A DNA stretch of 64,000 nucleotides, taken from positions 1 through 64,000 of the forward strand of contig CBFFRP010000218.1 of NCBI GenBank assembly GCA_965644295.1, given 5' to 3'. The first letter of the stretch is position 1. Each line of letters starts with the position of its first letter. The DNA is from Paraphysomonas bandaiensis. Lineage: Eukaryota; Protista; Chrysophyceae. Of this stretch, positions 48,721 to 61,100 are shown piece by piece. A program made the position numbers and the translations under genes. The notes beneath the pieces were generated by a model, which did no database searches, was not told where the DNA came from, and saw only the letters and a program-made list of their open reading frames with translations.

Positions 48721-49762
48721 AGTAGGTATTGTTTGATTATATTAGCAATAGGCGTGTACGAATCAGAACTAAGGTGGCAAAACAATTTAACTAACTAGTG
48801 CTAAACTATTTACGTCAGTTATAGAATGTTGAAGCAATGTAATTAGATGTCTATGAATAATACTTGAAACAGCGATATGCGACTATAAATCCTCAGAGCC
48901 ACACCCTACTAATAGGAGAAGTACTTGAAGCTGTCTCTAGCAGCACACTACCAGCAAGTGTACCCCAGAAACAGGCTACAATAATACGGTGTCACCAACT
49001 CTTATCGCCGAGTTAATGCCTAGGTGGCATCTAATTTCTCATTCCATTCTGAACGTGAAGTGTACCACTCGCGCTTGATTTTTTTCATAGTCATTGCACT
49101 GATTGGGCCGGATCCAGAATTGTAAAAATAAATTAGAGACACAAAAAGTAGACATTATTCATAAACATTGTTATAACAAACATAAAATAACTACAATTAA
49201 CAATACTACATATAACTGCTCATATATACATGGCTATTGTAGTTTTTAATTTAGGTATATATGTACTGAGCTCCACAATTATATCCAGTGTGTATAATAT
49301 TAATATACATATAACTATATGTATATAACTGTATATATATAACTATATACGTATATATATATATCGAGATGACATCAATTTCTGCGTGCCTTAATATGAG
49401 TGTATTGATTCTACCCCTCCGAGATACCTGAGGTGCTAGATGCAGCCCTTATAACAGTATCGGACCCCATGCGAGGGGTGACTAAAGCATTATGTGTAAA
49501 TAATATAGTCAGGGACGCCTTTGGGGATTAACGAATAAACAAGCATCCGGGAATGCGCCCACCTCAAGGCATCCGGGGTATTAGACTGCCTGCTGAAGTC
49601 AAGCATCCGGGCTGTTTACCATTGGTGCTTGCGATGACGCACAAGGTGCTTTCGTAGTGCTAAATAGAGGATTGCAAAGTAAAGCATTAGTTAGTTAAAT
49701 TGTTTTGCTAAATTAGTTCTGACACTTAAACGCCTATTGCTAATAATCAGACATTACCTACT
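48721..49762 (-). mobile_element. Non-coding TIR-bounded element related to 41271-44404
   Basis: Inverted repeats at 48721-48805 and 49681-49762. 49510-49750 matches the reverse complement of about 41290-41590. Confidence 0.8.
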
Positions 49763-50169
49763 AATACACTAATACTATCAGCTGTATTTGCCATTGGTGA
49801 GGGGAGAAAGAATTAGGTGAAAGAACAAGACTTTCACACCTAGTATTTAGGAACAATTTCACAAGAACACCAGGATGGTGTTTTCTACTTTGTGATATAG
49901 TTGACATTTATGATGTTAAGACATCTAATTAATAAGAATAAGTGATGTGTGGATTTCCATATTATTTTGTTATTCAGATTGCGTCATGTGCTTAATCACG
50001 ATCAATGAACACAACACTCAGTTAAATGGAACTTTCATAATACATAATCGTATGCCATCGATTAGTTCATTTTAGAACATACGTATCATAACCCAACAAC
50101 GAATACTCCATGTAGACTTGAAAGTATTAATGTATAGCCTTGGTCCTTGGTTGTGGTGGATTAAACAAG

Positions 50170-51321
50170 TCAGCTTAAATTCCAAAAGCCTCGTCTAGTT
50201 GCCACACTGAAATCATTCTTCGCGTAAACCTTTTCTCCAAACTCTGTCACATTATCGAAATGCGACATCACCTTAACTACCTTAAGTAATTTCAACAAAT
50301 GATTATTTGGTCCTCTATTAGTGTACCACATGGGATGAGATAGCTGACCACCTGCTGTCGCTATGTCATCACGAATAGCAAACGCCAATGGGACACTCAC
50401 AAAAGCTAGTACAGGAGAAATTACCATTGTTGCACATACTCGCGCATTCACTTCCATGAACTTCAGATGCCCAGTACTGTTAGTCTTGAAATTTAAACAA
50501 AATAGCCCAGTGTAAGGCTCAAGGTTTGCAAACATTACGGATACTACTTTAGCAACATCTCGACCACAACTGACATATTGTGTTGAGTTTACAGCAACCC
50601 CTTGGGTGCGAATATAAACACCTTTATTCTTTGCTTTTAATGATCCTTCTCGATGAGTTATAATAGAGCACATCAGCACAAGAGGCTGACCCTTGTACGC
50701 AGATCCATACACACCACCTTCAGCCAGGCCCATTCCCGTGAGACTCTCCTCCATAATATACGGTTCATTTTCAGGTATAGCAGAGATTATACCACGCAAT
50801 CTTCCTTCGTTTACAGCTACAGTAATGCCGGTACCGTAATGGTGGTTTGTTTTCACAACACAGGGGTACTGTACTGTGCTTATAGAAGTATAGGATTTGG
50901 GTACAAATTCTCCTAATCCAATACTATGCATGAACTCTTTCCACTTTCCCTTATCATTGAAAAGACGAATGAGTTTCTCATCAGGTATAACGGCAGTTGA
51001 AAGATTATGTTCAAGTTTCTTCATATAACTGAAGTCTTTATTCCATGTTAACATATCCATATACTGATAGTGAGGGTCACTTAATGGAAACTCATTCGGT
51101 AAATAGCACATATTCACATAATCATCAGCCCATAAAGGAGCTCTTCTTGATTTACAACTTGCAACAGTTATACAATCAGAGTATTTCATACCTAAATTAA
51201 TCTTATCGTCTGATATGAGACAGTGTTCATGTTGATAGAGAACACTCCCATATACACATACATGGATATTCAGACAGATTATAGAGATGATTATACGGAG
51301 CATATGAACCTTTATATGCAT
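50170..51321 (-). CDS. Secreted ATP-grasp-fold protein, copy A (383 aa from the likely start)
   Basis: N-terminal hydrophobic signal, NDKGKW...P, YPCVVK, GTG loop, YIMEE, FMEVNAR. No introns. Confidence 0.75.
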   Translation of the reverse strand: MHIKVHMLRIIISIICLNIHVCVYGSVLYQHEHCLISDDKINLGMKYSDCITVASCKSRRAPLWADDYVNMCYLPNEFPLSDPHYQYMDMLTWNKDFSYMKKLEHNLSTAVIPDEKLIRLFNDKGKWKEFMHSIGLGEFVPKSYTSISTVQYPCVVKTNHHYGTGITVAVNEGRLRGIISAIPENEPYIMEESLTGMGLAEGGVYGSAYKGQPLVLMCSIITHREGSLKAKNKGVYIRTQGVAVNSTQYVSCGRDVAKVVSVMFANLEPYTGLFCLNFKTNSTGHLKFMEVNARVCATMVISPVLAFVSVPLAFAIRDDIATAGGQLSHPMWYTNRGPNNHLLKLLKVVKVMSHFDNVTEFGEKVYAKNDFSVATRRGFWNLS

Positions 51322-52077
51322 AATAGTTATGAGATTAAGTGAAAGATGAGAGTGAGAGGAGAGAGATATGAATGAATGGACATACATATATATACACTGG
51401 CGGTACATGCATATACATATATATACATATATATAGACAGTATATTTTAGTTCAAAAATGTCTTGTATATTGAGACAATAATTATCTGTATTCTAGCCGT
51501 AGTTGTATGTAGGTAATATAGAAATATTTGCTTCAATTTATTCCCGAAAAATAAGATATACGCTAGTACATATGTATACGAGTACGAAGTTGTGTACGAA
51601 CCAGTCGATAACTATATACAGAAAATACAGAGAAATAAGTCAGAGCATAAGATATCCGGATATCTAGATATCTGTGGGTGGGAAAATATGCTCATAAAAA
51701 AACAGGACACAGCTAAAAACCAGGGCTTTTTTCTTGTCGACTCTTTTCCACCGGGATGGATATACAAAATACCACATCGACTGAGAATTTTATGTATAGT
51801 TTTTTATTTGAAAAACATGGCAATTCGGCTATTCCTATTTGTCAAAATTCAAAATTTCCAAAATTTGTGGAAAAAATACTGAAATTATAACAAATTCATT
51901 CCCAAAATACTGAAATTTTTATCTACGAAGTTTCATATGTACAAATATGGCCCAATCAATTGCCTCAAGTGCGTATGTGATATTATGCATGTACCGCCAG
52001 TGTGTATATATATGTATGTCCATTCATTCATATCTCTCTCCTCTCACTCTCATCTTTCACTTAATCTCATAACTATT

Positions 52078-53229
52078 ATGCATATAAAGGTTCATATGCT
52101 CCGTATAATCATCTCTATAATCTGTCTGAATATCCATGTATGTGTATATGGGAGTGTTCTCTATCAACATGAACACTGTCTCATATCAGACGATAAGATT
52201 AATTTAGGTATGAAATACTCTGATTGTATAACTGTTGCAAGTTGTAAATCAAGAAGAGCTCCTTTATGGGCTGATGATTATGTGAATATGTGCTATTTAC
52301 CGAATGAGTTTCCATTAAGTGACCCTCACTATCAGTATATGGATATGCTAACATGGAATAAAGACTTCAGTTATATGAAGAAACTTGAACATAATCTTCC
52401 AACTGCCGTTATACCTGATGAGACACTTATTCATCTTTTCAATGATAAGGGAAAGTGGAAAGAGTTCATGCATAGTATTGGATTAGGAGAATTTGTACCC
52501 AAATCCTATACTTCTATAAGCACAGTACAGTACCCCTGTGTTGTGAAAACAAACCACCATTTCGGTAGTGGCGCTACTGTAGCTGTAAACGAAGGAAGAT
52601 TGCGTGGTATAATCTCTGCTATACCTGAAAATGAACCGTATATTATGGAGGAGAGTCTCACGGGAATGGGCCTGGCTGAAGGTGGTGTGTATGGATCTGC
52701 GTACAAGGGTCAGCCTCTTGTGCTGATGTGCTCTATTATAACTCATCGAGAAGAATCATTAAGAACAAAGAATAGAGGTGTTTATATTCACTCCCGAGAG
52801 GTTGTTGTGAACTCAACACAATATGTCAGTTGTGGTCGAGATGTTGCTAAAGTAGTATCCGTAATGTTTGCAAACCTTGAGCCTTACACTGGGCTATTTT
52901 GTTTAGATTTCAAGACTAACAGTACTGGGCATCTGAAGTTCATGGAAGTGAATGCTCGAGTATGTGCAACAATGGTAATTTCTCCTGTACTAGCTTTTGT
53001 GAGTGTCCCATTGGCGTTTGCTATTCGTGATGACATAGCGACAGCAGGTGGTCAGCTATCTCATCCCATGTGGTACACTAATAGAGGACCAAATAATCAT
53101 TTGTTGAAATTACTTAAGGTAGTTAAGATGATGTCTCATTTCGATAATGTGACAGAGTTTGGAGAAAAGGTTTACGCGAAGAATGATTTCAGTGTGGCTA
53201 CTAGACGAGGCTTTTGGAATTTAAGCTGA
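52078..53229 (+). CDS. Secreted ATP-grasp-fold protein, copy B (inverted paralog)
   Basis: Same motifs as copy A; 17 amino-acid differences by my count. Confidence 0.75.
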   Translation: MHIKVHMLRIIISIICLNIHVCVYGSVLYQHEHCLISDDKINLGMKYSDCITVASCKSRRAPLWADDYVNMCYLPNEFPLSDPHYQYMDMLTWNKDFSYMKKLEHNLPTAVIPDETLIHLFNDKGKWKEFMHSIGLGEFVPKSYTSISTVQYPCVVKTNHHFGSGATVAVNEGRLRGIISAIPENEPYIMEESLTGMGLAEGGVYGSAYKGQPLVLMCSIITHREESLRTKNRGVYIHSREVVVNSTQYVSCGRDVAKVVSVMFANLEPYTGLFCLDFKTNSTGHLKFMEVNARVCATMVISPVLAFVSVPLAFAIRDDIATAGGQLSHPMWYTNRGPNNHLLKLLKVVKMMSHFDNVTEFGEKVYAKNDFSVATRRGFWNLS

Positions 53230-53803
53230 CTTGTTTAATCCACCACAACCAAGGACCAAGGCTATACATTTAATACTTTGAAGTCTACATAGAGTATTTT
53301 TTATGGGGTTATGATACGTATGTTTTAAAACGAGGTAATCGATGGCATACGATTATGTATTATAACTGTTCCATTTAACTGAGTGTTGTGTTCATTAATT
53401 GTGGTTAAACACATGACGCAGTCCTAATATATAATATATAAAGTAATATAGAAATCTACACATCACTTATTCTTATTACTTTGATGTCTTAACATCATAA
53501 ATGTCAACTATATCAGTAGAAAACACCATCTTGGTGTTGTGAAATGGTTCCTAAATACTAGGTGTGAAAGTCTTGTTATTTGCAATAAGTATCGATAACA
53601 GCACCTTATAAGTAGCTAGATGACACCTAGTCAAGCTAGATAGACTTCCACCTACAACTAACTAACTTCTACCTAAATACTAAATACCAACATAATTCTT
53701 TCTCCCTATAGCAAATGTAGTAGCTATTATTATACAGCAATTAAGCAGTGGCCTGTTAATGGGTATATACAGTGATATAATACACCACATATATTCATAG
53801 TAT

Positions 53804-53980
53804 CATGGCCCGCTACAGCCTTATCCTATCACCCCTCAATACCCACACGCTCAGCATGGCCCGCTACAGCCTTATCCTATCACCCCTCAATACCCACACG
53901 CTCAGCATGGCCCGCTACAGCCTTATCCTATCACCCCTCAATACCCACACGCTCAGCATGGCCGTCTACAGCCTCATCCT
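53804..53980 (+). repeat. 51-bp tandem repeat, 3 copies plus a partial
   Basis: Unit CATGGCCCGCTACAGCCTTATCCTATCACCCCTCAATACCCACACGCTCAG. Confidence 0.95.
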
Positions 53981-54454
53981 GCCTCCACATACAGACAATA
54001 GTTGCTTTTAACCCTTTACACGTGATACATCTATACATGAGACTATCTCTATTATCCAATGACATAAATCGGTAAACAACAGTGTTGTTAGTGAAGCGCA
54101 TTAGTGGTGAACGCTTCTGGTTCAGTTGTATGGCTATTCAGGGTGCTCCATGCAGTCTATGCATGTATATGTGTGTGGGTGTTCTGTATGTATATGTGTG
54201 TATCTGCTGCGGTATTATTCATATGATCATACGAGTCTCTCTCCTCATGAGGAGCACACACCACTATACACCACTATGACCACACACTGTTGATAGTCCT
54301 CACTCGTGTCTGTGAGTAGAGGCAGCAGCAGAGCCTCTGAATCATGTACTCATATATGCATATATCCACATCACATTCACTTCGAAGTCACTCTCAGATA
54401 TACCCCAATATACGCACACGTATACCTATGTATACCATATCAATTACCAATCAG

Positions 54455-54912
54455 CATCCTTTGTATATTTTTGTTCCAAGATGCCTCTCATATTGAGTCA
54501 ACAATTATATGTATTCCAGTCGTAGTTGTATCACAGTAATATAGAGGAATTTTGTTTCAATTAATCTCCGAATAAATGATGCTGCACGTGGAGGAACACT
54601 ATGGAGGTTGGCGTATGCATCTTATTTTTCGGGAATAAATTGAAGCAAAAATACTCTATGGAACTGCAGTATAACTACGGCTGGAATACACATAATTGTT
54701 GTCTCAATATTAGAGGCATATTTGAACAAAAATAAACAAACGATAGTATGAATAACTCACCACATCGTATCGGCAGTCAGCATCTTATTTTTCGGGAATA
54801 TAATGAAGCAAATATACTCTATATAACTTCAGTATAACTACAGCTGAAATACAGATAATTGTTATCTCAGTATTAGAGGCTTATTAGAACAAAAATATAT
54901 CAAGGATGCCGA
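54455..54912. repeat. Three copies (+,-,-) of an about 125-bp repeat; a fourth copy lies at about 51436-51565
   Basis: Shared TATTGAG(A/T)CAA...GTATTC...CGTAGTTGTAT...CCGAAAAATAAGAT core. Confidence 0.75.
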
Positions 54913-57396
54913 TACAATCATCACACTATACTAACACAAGTACATGCAATAATATCATTCTTCTCTATGTCAAAGCATCAAATTAATGACTCATGAGATG
55001 AGATGATCTTATTCTACTCACTTTATCTCCATAGAACCATCAATTATACTAACAAATCAATGAGAATTCTGCCTGTAAATCTCCAACCCATTGAAACGAA
55101 GATGCATAATCTGATCATCATATCAGTTCAAAGGTTTCCACCATTGCATATTACATTCATGATTATCTTGGATATGATACTCTTCTTTATCATTGACTTT
55201 TATGTCCACTTTGTGTCCTTGAACAAGCATTGAATCATCTTTCCAGTCATAAAGTTCAATCATCAAGGAAGCTACTCATTAAATTCTACATCATTACAAA
55301 ATATGCCTACATGAACAAGATATCGGACCAACTGTCTGCAATGATACCATTAACATCATCTTCGTCGCTAAAATCGTGCAGTCATTCATTTTTAACGGAC
55401 TTTTAACCCCTTCTTCTTTCATGAGTTCTTTCTTCTTCAGTTCATTGATGTCTTTCTTGTAGCCATCTATTGCCTTTGCTTAGTTCTACATATGGCCAAA
55501 GTACTCAAGAGAGATGTCTTTCGGGAATGGAATCTTCAAATTTTCATCATCATCAGAGCTTCAGGGTACTCTGTTTTACATCACACTGCAATATGGCCAA
55601 CCTTTGCTTGTATGCTGCTTTCATTCCTGCTTCTGTTCATTTCTTCTTATAGTCAGATACATTATCAGCATTGGAGTCAACAGACACAACCGGCTGTCGG
55701 CGTATACGGCCACTTCCTCTTCCCCTTTGAGGTAACTCGTACTTCCTGTCTGAACATGTCTCACTCATGTTTGCAGTAACTATGATAGAATATTGATATG
55801 CCACTAACGGCTGTATGTTCAAGGAGAATAGTGGAGTATTCTAACAGTGTTTTGCAACTCATAAAGTGGCTATTTCCCTGTAAAATAGTATTTTTATTAT
55901 ATAAAAGTGCCGGGTTTTGTGTGAAGCCTAAAGCTTCACATATGCATTGAATATGATTATCTACTATATATTCGCCCATATTCGAGGCATATGTGAAGCT
56001 TTTGGCTTCACAGGTTTTTTTTTAGATGATTGTCAACTAAATTGTATGTTCTGAAGTTGAGCGACAAATGGATAATATGATGCTCCAGATGCAGGACATT
56101 AAGAGTAATATTCTACAACATGTCACCACCGTTCTGCAGTGATTGAATCTAGTCAAAACGATACGGTTTAAATAGGATGCTGCTCAAATTTATGGGGCCT
56201 AGTTTTGTCAAGATAATTAATTATTCAAACTAGTCAACACTTAGCTGATACTTTATTAAGTTACCGATCATGCTCGCCTATAGCGACGTTGTAATACAGA
56301 ACAATACGTATGTCAAACCAAAGCAGGTAGACCATCATACTTTTAGCGCTGTGCTCAATTGTCCTTCATAAAGATATGAACATTGCTAGCTGGGAGGTTA
56401 TTAGTGTCACAAGGCAGTCAACCATTATGACAAGGTGTGCACACACTTGTCGAAATAGCAAGCGGAAAAGTTGTAATAATATAACAATAAACATATATAA
56501 TGAACCACTGGTATAATCGTGTATAGATACAAAACAACATGATATTTTACTTGATGTAAACTCATGTCAATGAAAAAGATTGGTATCAATATGGTTGCTG
56601 CAGACACAAATATACGTTATAGCATTACGTAATATACGATAATATACATCTTTTATCTACGACAGCACCTTCATCTTCAACAATGATAATATAACCTCAA
56701 TCATATTTACAGGACACGCCAGATGAGAGTATTACGAGATACGAGATGATACGGTGTTAGGAGTCATATTGTCTGCAGTGTCGTCAGAGGAGTCCCTATA
56801 CCACATACATATACTCTCACCACTCCCACAACTGGTCCACAATCTTATAATAGTCAAATGTTATCCGTGTAGAGGAAGAAGTCATCATATTATAGATAGT
56901 TACCACCAGCTCGGCTAACAATAGTGTTACAGTCATTTGCTCAGAAGCCCATCAGTGGTGAACACTTCTGGTGCAGTTATGAGGTGGTACGGCACGGATG
57001 ACCACCAACCAACCAACCACCTTTCACTTATAGATAGAATAGCTACCAGAGGATAAAATATAGAGTCCGGTAGTGGTAGTGGGATTATAGCCAGAAGGAG
57101 GAATAGCAAGGAGGCACTATAAAGGTGTGTGTGATGCTTGTATCTATATACCTACCAGTGTATATGTATGGTATATCTGTGACCTAATTTTTGACGATAT
57201 GTAGAAATTGGAGGAAATTCTAATGAGCAATAATGGGGAGTCGGATCAAGATAGCTTTTTTTAGCACTTTACACAGATGCGTTATCATTTATGTTATTCA
57301 TTCTATTTTATTTAAATTTTCTAAATCTGGTGTTAGAAATAATTGACATACTTAGTAATAAGACTTTGATAAACACTTAAAGTCGACCTGTGCATG

Positions 57397-57447
57397 AAAC
57401 CTGGTGAAACGGTCAAAACCTGGTGAAACGGTCAAAACCTGGTGAAA
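57397..57447 (+). repeat. 19-bp tandem repeat AAACCTGGTGAAACGGTCA, about 2.6 copies
   Basis: Direct reading of the sequence. Confidence 0.85.
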
Positions 57448-58114
57448 TTTTGAAAATGTCAATTTCAATTGAGTTTTTGATGTGTTTTGCAAGAAATAAT
57501 GTAGTAGGTGTAAAGTGAACATTTTTTAAAAGACATTTAATAAAGTTTAAATTAATTATAGGTCAAAAACGTGAGAATTTAACGGCTACAGTTATACATA
57601 ATATGTACCTGCTATATATAGTGCTATGTATTACAAAGTGATTTCTATACTTACAAGCGATAATCAGCTGAACTTGTTCAGCTGAAAGCCCTCTTGTTCT
57701 TGTAAACAAGAGGGTAAGTACCAATACATAAGTTGGGTCTGTCTATCGTCATTGTATAATATGTATAGTATTATTTTTCGTGTTAACATTAATTTGAACA
57801 CATTTATGTAAAAATATAAATTGTATTATTTTGTAGAGTTTACTTTTTTAAAGAAAACTGTCAATACATATGTAATATATATTATTGTAAGTACATACAC
57901 TATAACACCATAGGGGCATAGTCAGTGTATATTAACAGTATTTACGGTCACGGTTACAGGGCACAGGGTCGAAGACCCCCCCCTCTCTCTGTGTGTGTAA
58001 AATAATCATGAGATTGATAGTATTTCTTGTCTGGTTTAGAATAAAAAACAGCAATAATGCATAATACAAACACCCTTACTATGAAGCAGAGTGGCATATC
58101 CTTCAAAAACGTGG

Positions 58115-61100
58115 TCATGGAGGTTCCTGTGAATCAAGCCACAGCAGAACATCCCCGCCCCTATACATAGCAGCAGCATCGATACAACCTTGTTCATTCC
58201 AGGGACATGGAGGGTCCTGTGAGCGAAGCCACCGCAATATACCCAAGTGCCCACCCTCAGCTGCAGCACGGCAAGTCCGTTCATTCCAGGGACATGGAGG
58301 GTCCTGTGAGCGAAGCCACTGCAGTACATCCAAGTGTCCATCTCTAGCAGCAGCACGGCAAGTCCGTTCATCCCAGGGACATGGAGGGTCCTGTGAACGA
58401 AGCCACTGTAGAACATCCAAGTGTCCATCTCTAGCAGCAGCACGGCAAGTCCCTACACCCCATGGACATGGAGGGTCCTGTGAGCGAAGCCACTGCAGTA
58501 CATCCAAGTGTCCATCTCTAGCAGCAGCATTGCAAGTCCGTTCATCCCAGGGACATGGAGGGTCCTGTGAACGAAGCCACTGCAGTACATCCAAGTGTCC
58601 ACCTCCTACAACGGCACGGCAAGTCCCTACACCCCATGGACATGGAGGGTCCTGTGAACGAAGCCACAGCAGTACCTCCAACTGTCCACCCTCAGCTGCA
58701 GCATTGCAAGTCCATTCATTCCAGGGACATGGAGGGTCCTGAGAGCGAAGCCACTGCAGAACATCCAAGTGTCCACCTTCTACAGCAGCATAGCAAGTCC
58801 GTTCATCCCAGGGACATGGAGGGTCCTGCGAACGAAGCCACTGTAGTACCTCCAAGTGTTCATATTTAGCAGCAGAATTGCAAGTATCTTCACTCCAGGG
58901 ACATGGAGGGTCCTGTGAACGAAGCCACTGCAGTACATCCAAGTGTCCACCCTCAGCTGCAGCACGGCAAGTCCGTTCATTCCAGGGACATGGAGGGTCC
59001 TGCGAACGAAGCCACTGTAGTACCTCCAAGTGTTCATATTTAGCAGCAGAATTGCAAGTATCTTCACTCCAGGGACATGGAGGGTCCTGTGAACGAAGCC
59101 ACTGCAGTACATCCAAGTGTCCATACCTAGCAGCAGCATTGCAAGTCCGTTCATCCCAGGGACATGGAGGGTCCTGTGAGCGAAGCCACTGCAGTACATC
59201 CAAGTGTCCATATCTAGCAGCAGCATTGCAAGTATTTTCACTCCTGGGACATGGAGGGTCCTGCGAACGAAGCAACTGTAGTACCTCCAAGTGTCCATCT
59301 CTAGCAGCAGCACGGCAAGTCCGTTCATCCCAGGGACATGGAGGGTCCTGTGAACGAAGCCACTGCAGTACATTCAAGTGTCCACCCTCAGCTGCAGCAC
59401 TGCAAGTCCGTTCATCCCAGGGACATGGAGGGTCCTGTGAACGAAGCCACTGCAGTACATCCAAGTGTCCATCCTCAGCTGCAGCACGGCAAGTCCGTTC
59501 ATCCCAGGGACATGGAGGGTCCTGTGAACGAAGCCACTGTAGAACATCCAAGTGTCCATATCTAGCGGGACCGAAAGGCCAAAACTTCCATCCATTTGAA
59601 AATTCCTGTGAACAAAGCCACCTCAGAACATCCAAGTGTCCATCTCTAGCAGCATTACGGCAAGTCCGTTCATCCCAGGGACATGGAGGGTCCTGTGAAC
59701 GAAGCCACTGCAGAACATCCAAGTGTCCATCCACAACTGCAGCACTGCAAGTCCGTTCATCCCAGGGACATGGAGGGTCCTGTGAACGAAGCCACTGCAG
59801 TACCTCCAACTGTCCATATCTAGCAGCATTACGGCAAGTACTTTCACTCCAAGGACACGAAGGGTTCTGTGAGCGAAGCCACTGCAGAACATCAAAGTGC
59901 CTATACGTAATAGCGACATCGATGCAACCTTGTTCATTCCAGGGACATGAAGGGTCCTGTGAACGAAGCCACTGCAGTACATCCAAGTGTCCATCTCTAG
60001 CAGCAGCACGGCAAGTATCTTCACTCCAGGGACATGGAGGGTCCTGTGAACGAAGCCACTGCAGTACATCCAAGTGTCCATCTCTAGCAGCAGCACTGCA
60101 AGTATCTTCATCCCATGGACATGGAGGGTCCTGTGAACGAAGCCACTGCAGTACATCCAAGTGTCCATATCTAGCAGCAGCATTGCAAGTTTGTTCATCC
60201 CAGGGACATGAAGGGTTCTGTGAGCGAAGCCACTGCAGAACATCAAAGTGCCTATAGGTAATAGCGGCAGCGATGCAACCTTCATTCCAGGGACATGAAG
60301 GGTCCTGTGAACGAAGCCACTGCAGTACATCCAAGTGTCCACCTTCTACAGCAGCATTCCATGTATCTTCACTCCAGGGACATGGAGGGTCCTGTGAGCG
60401 AAGCCACTGCAGTACATCCAAGTGTCCACCTTCTACAGCAGCACGGCATGTCCTTTCATTCCAGGGACATGGAGGGTCCTGTGAACGAAGCCACTGCAGT
60501 ACCTCCAACTGTCCATCTCTAGCAGCATTACAGCAAGTATTTTCACTCCAGGGACATGAAGGGTTCTGTGAGCGAAGCCACGGCAGAACATTAAAGTGCC
60601 TATACGTAATAGCGGCATCGATGCAACCTTCATTCCAGGGACATGGAGGGTCCTGTGAACGAAGCCACTGCAGTACATCCAAGTGTCCACCTTCTACAGC
60701 AGCACGGCAAGTCCGTTCATTCCAGGGACATGGAGGGTCCTGTGAGCGAAGCCACTGCAGTACACCCAACTGTCCATCTCTAGCAGCAGCATTGCAAGTA
60801 TTTTCACTCCAAGGACATGAAGGGTTCTGTGAGCGAAGCCACTGCAGAACATCAAAGTGCCAATACGTAATAGCGGCATCAATGCAATCTTGTTCATTCC
60901 AGGGACATGGAGGGTCCTGTGAGCGAAGCCACTGCAGTACATCCAAGTGTCCATCAACAGCTGCAGCATTGCAAGTCCGTTCATCCCAGGGACATGGAGG
61001 GTCCTGTGAACGAAGCCACTGCAGTACATCCAAGTGTCCACCTCCTACAACAGTATTGCAAGTATCTTCACTCCAGGGACATGGAGGGTCCTGTGAGCGA

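Larger units (their letters stand above)
49821..53577. repeat. Inverted duplication (about 49821-51413 vs 51984-53577) with a 570-bp spacer
   Basis: Reverse-complement match covering both genes and their 3' flanks. Confidence 0.93.

Noticed and set aside
53805-54011. 68-aa ORF with repeated MARYSLILSPLNTHTLS (peptide-precursor-like, near the ATP-grasp genes)
   Set aside because: Explained by a perfect 51-bp tandem repeat; no leader/core structure or other coding evidence.
54950-57300. Short ORFs and possible decayed coding sequence
   Set aside because: Multiple stops and no identifiable motif.
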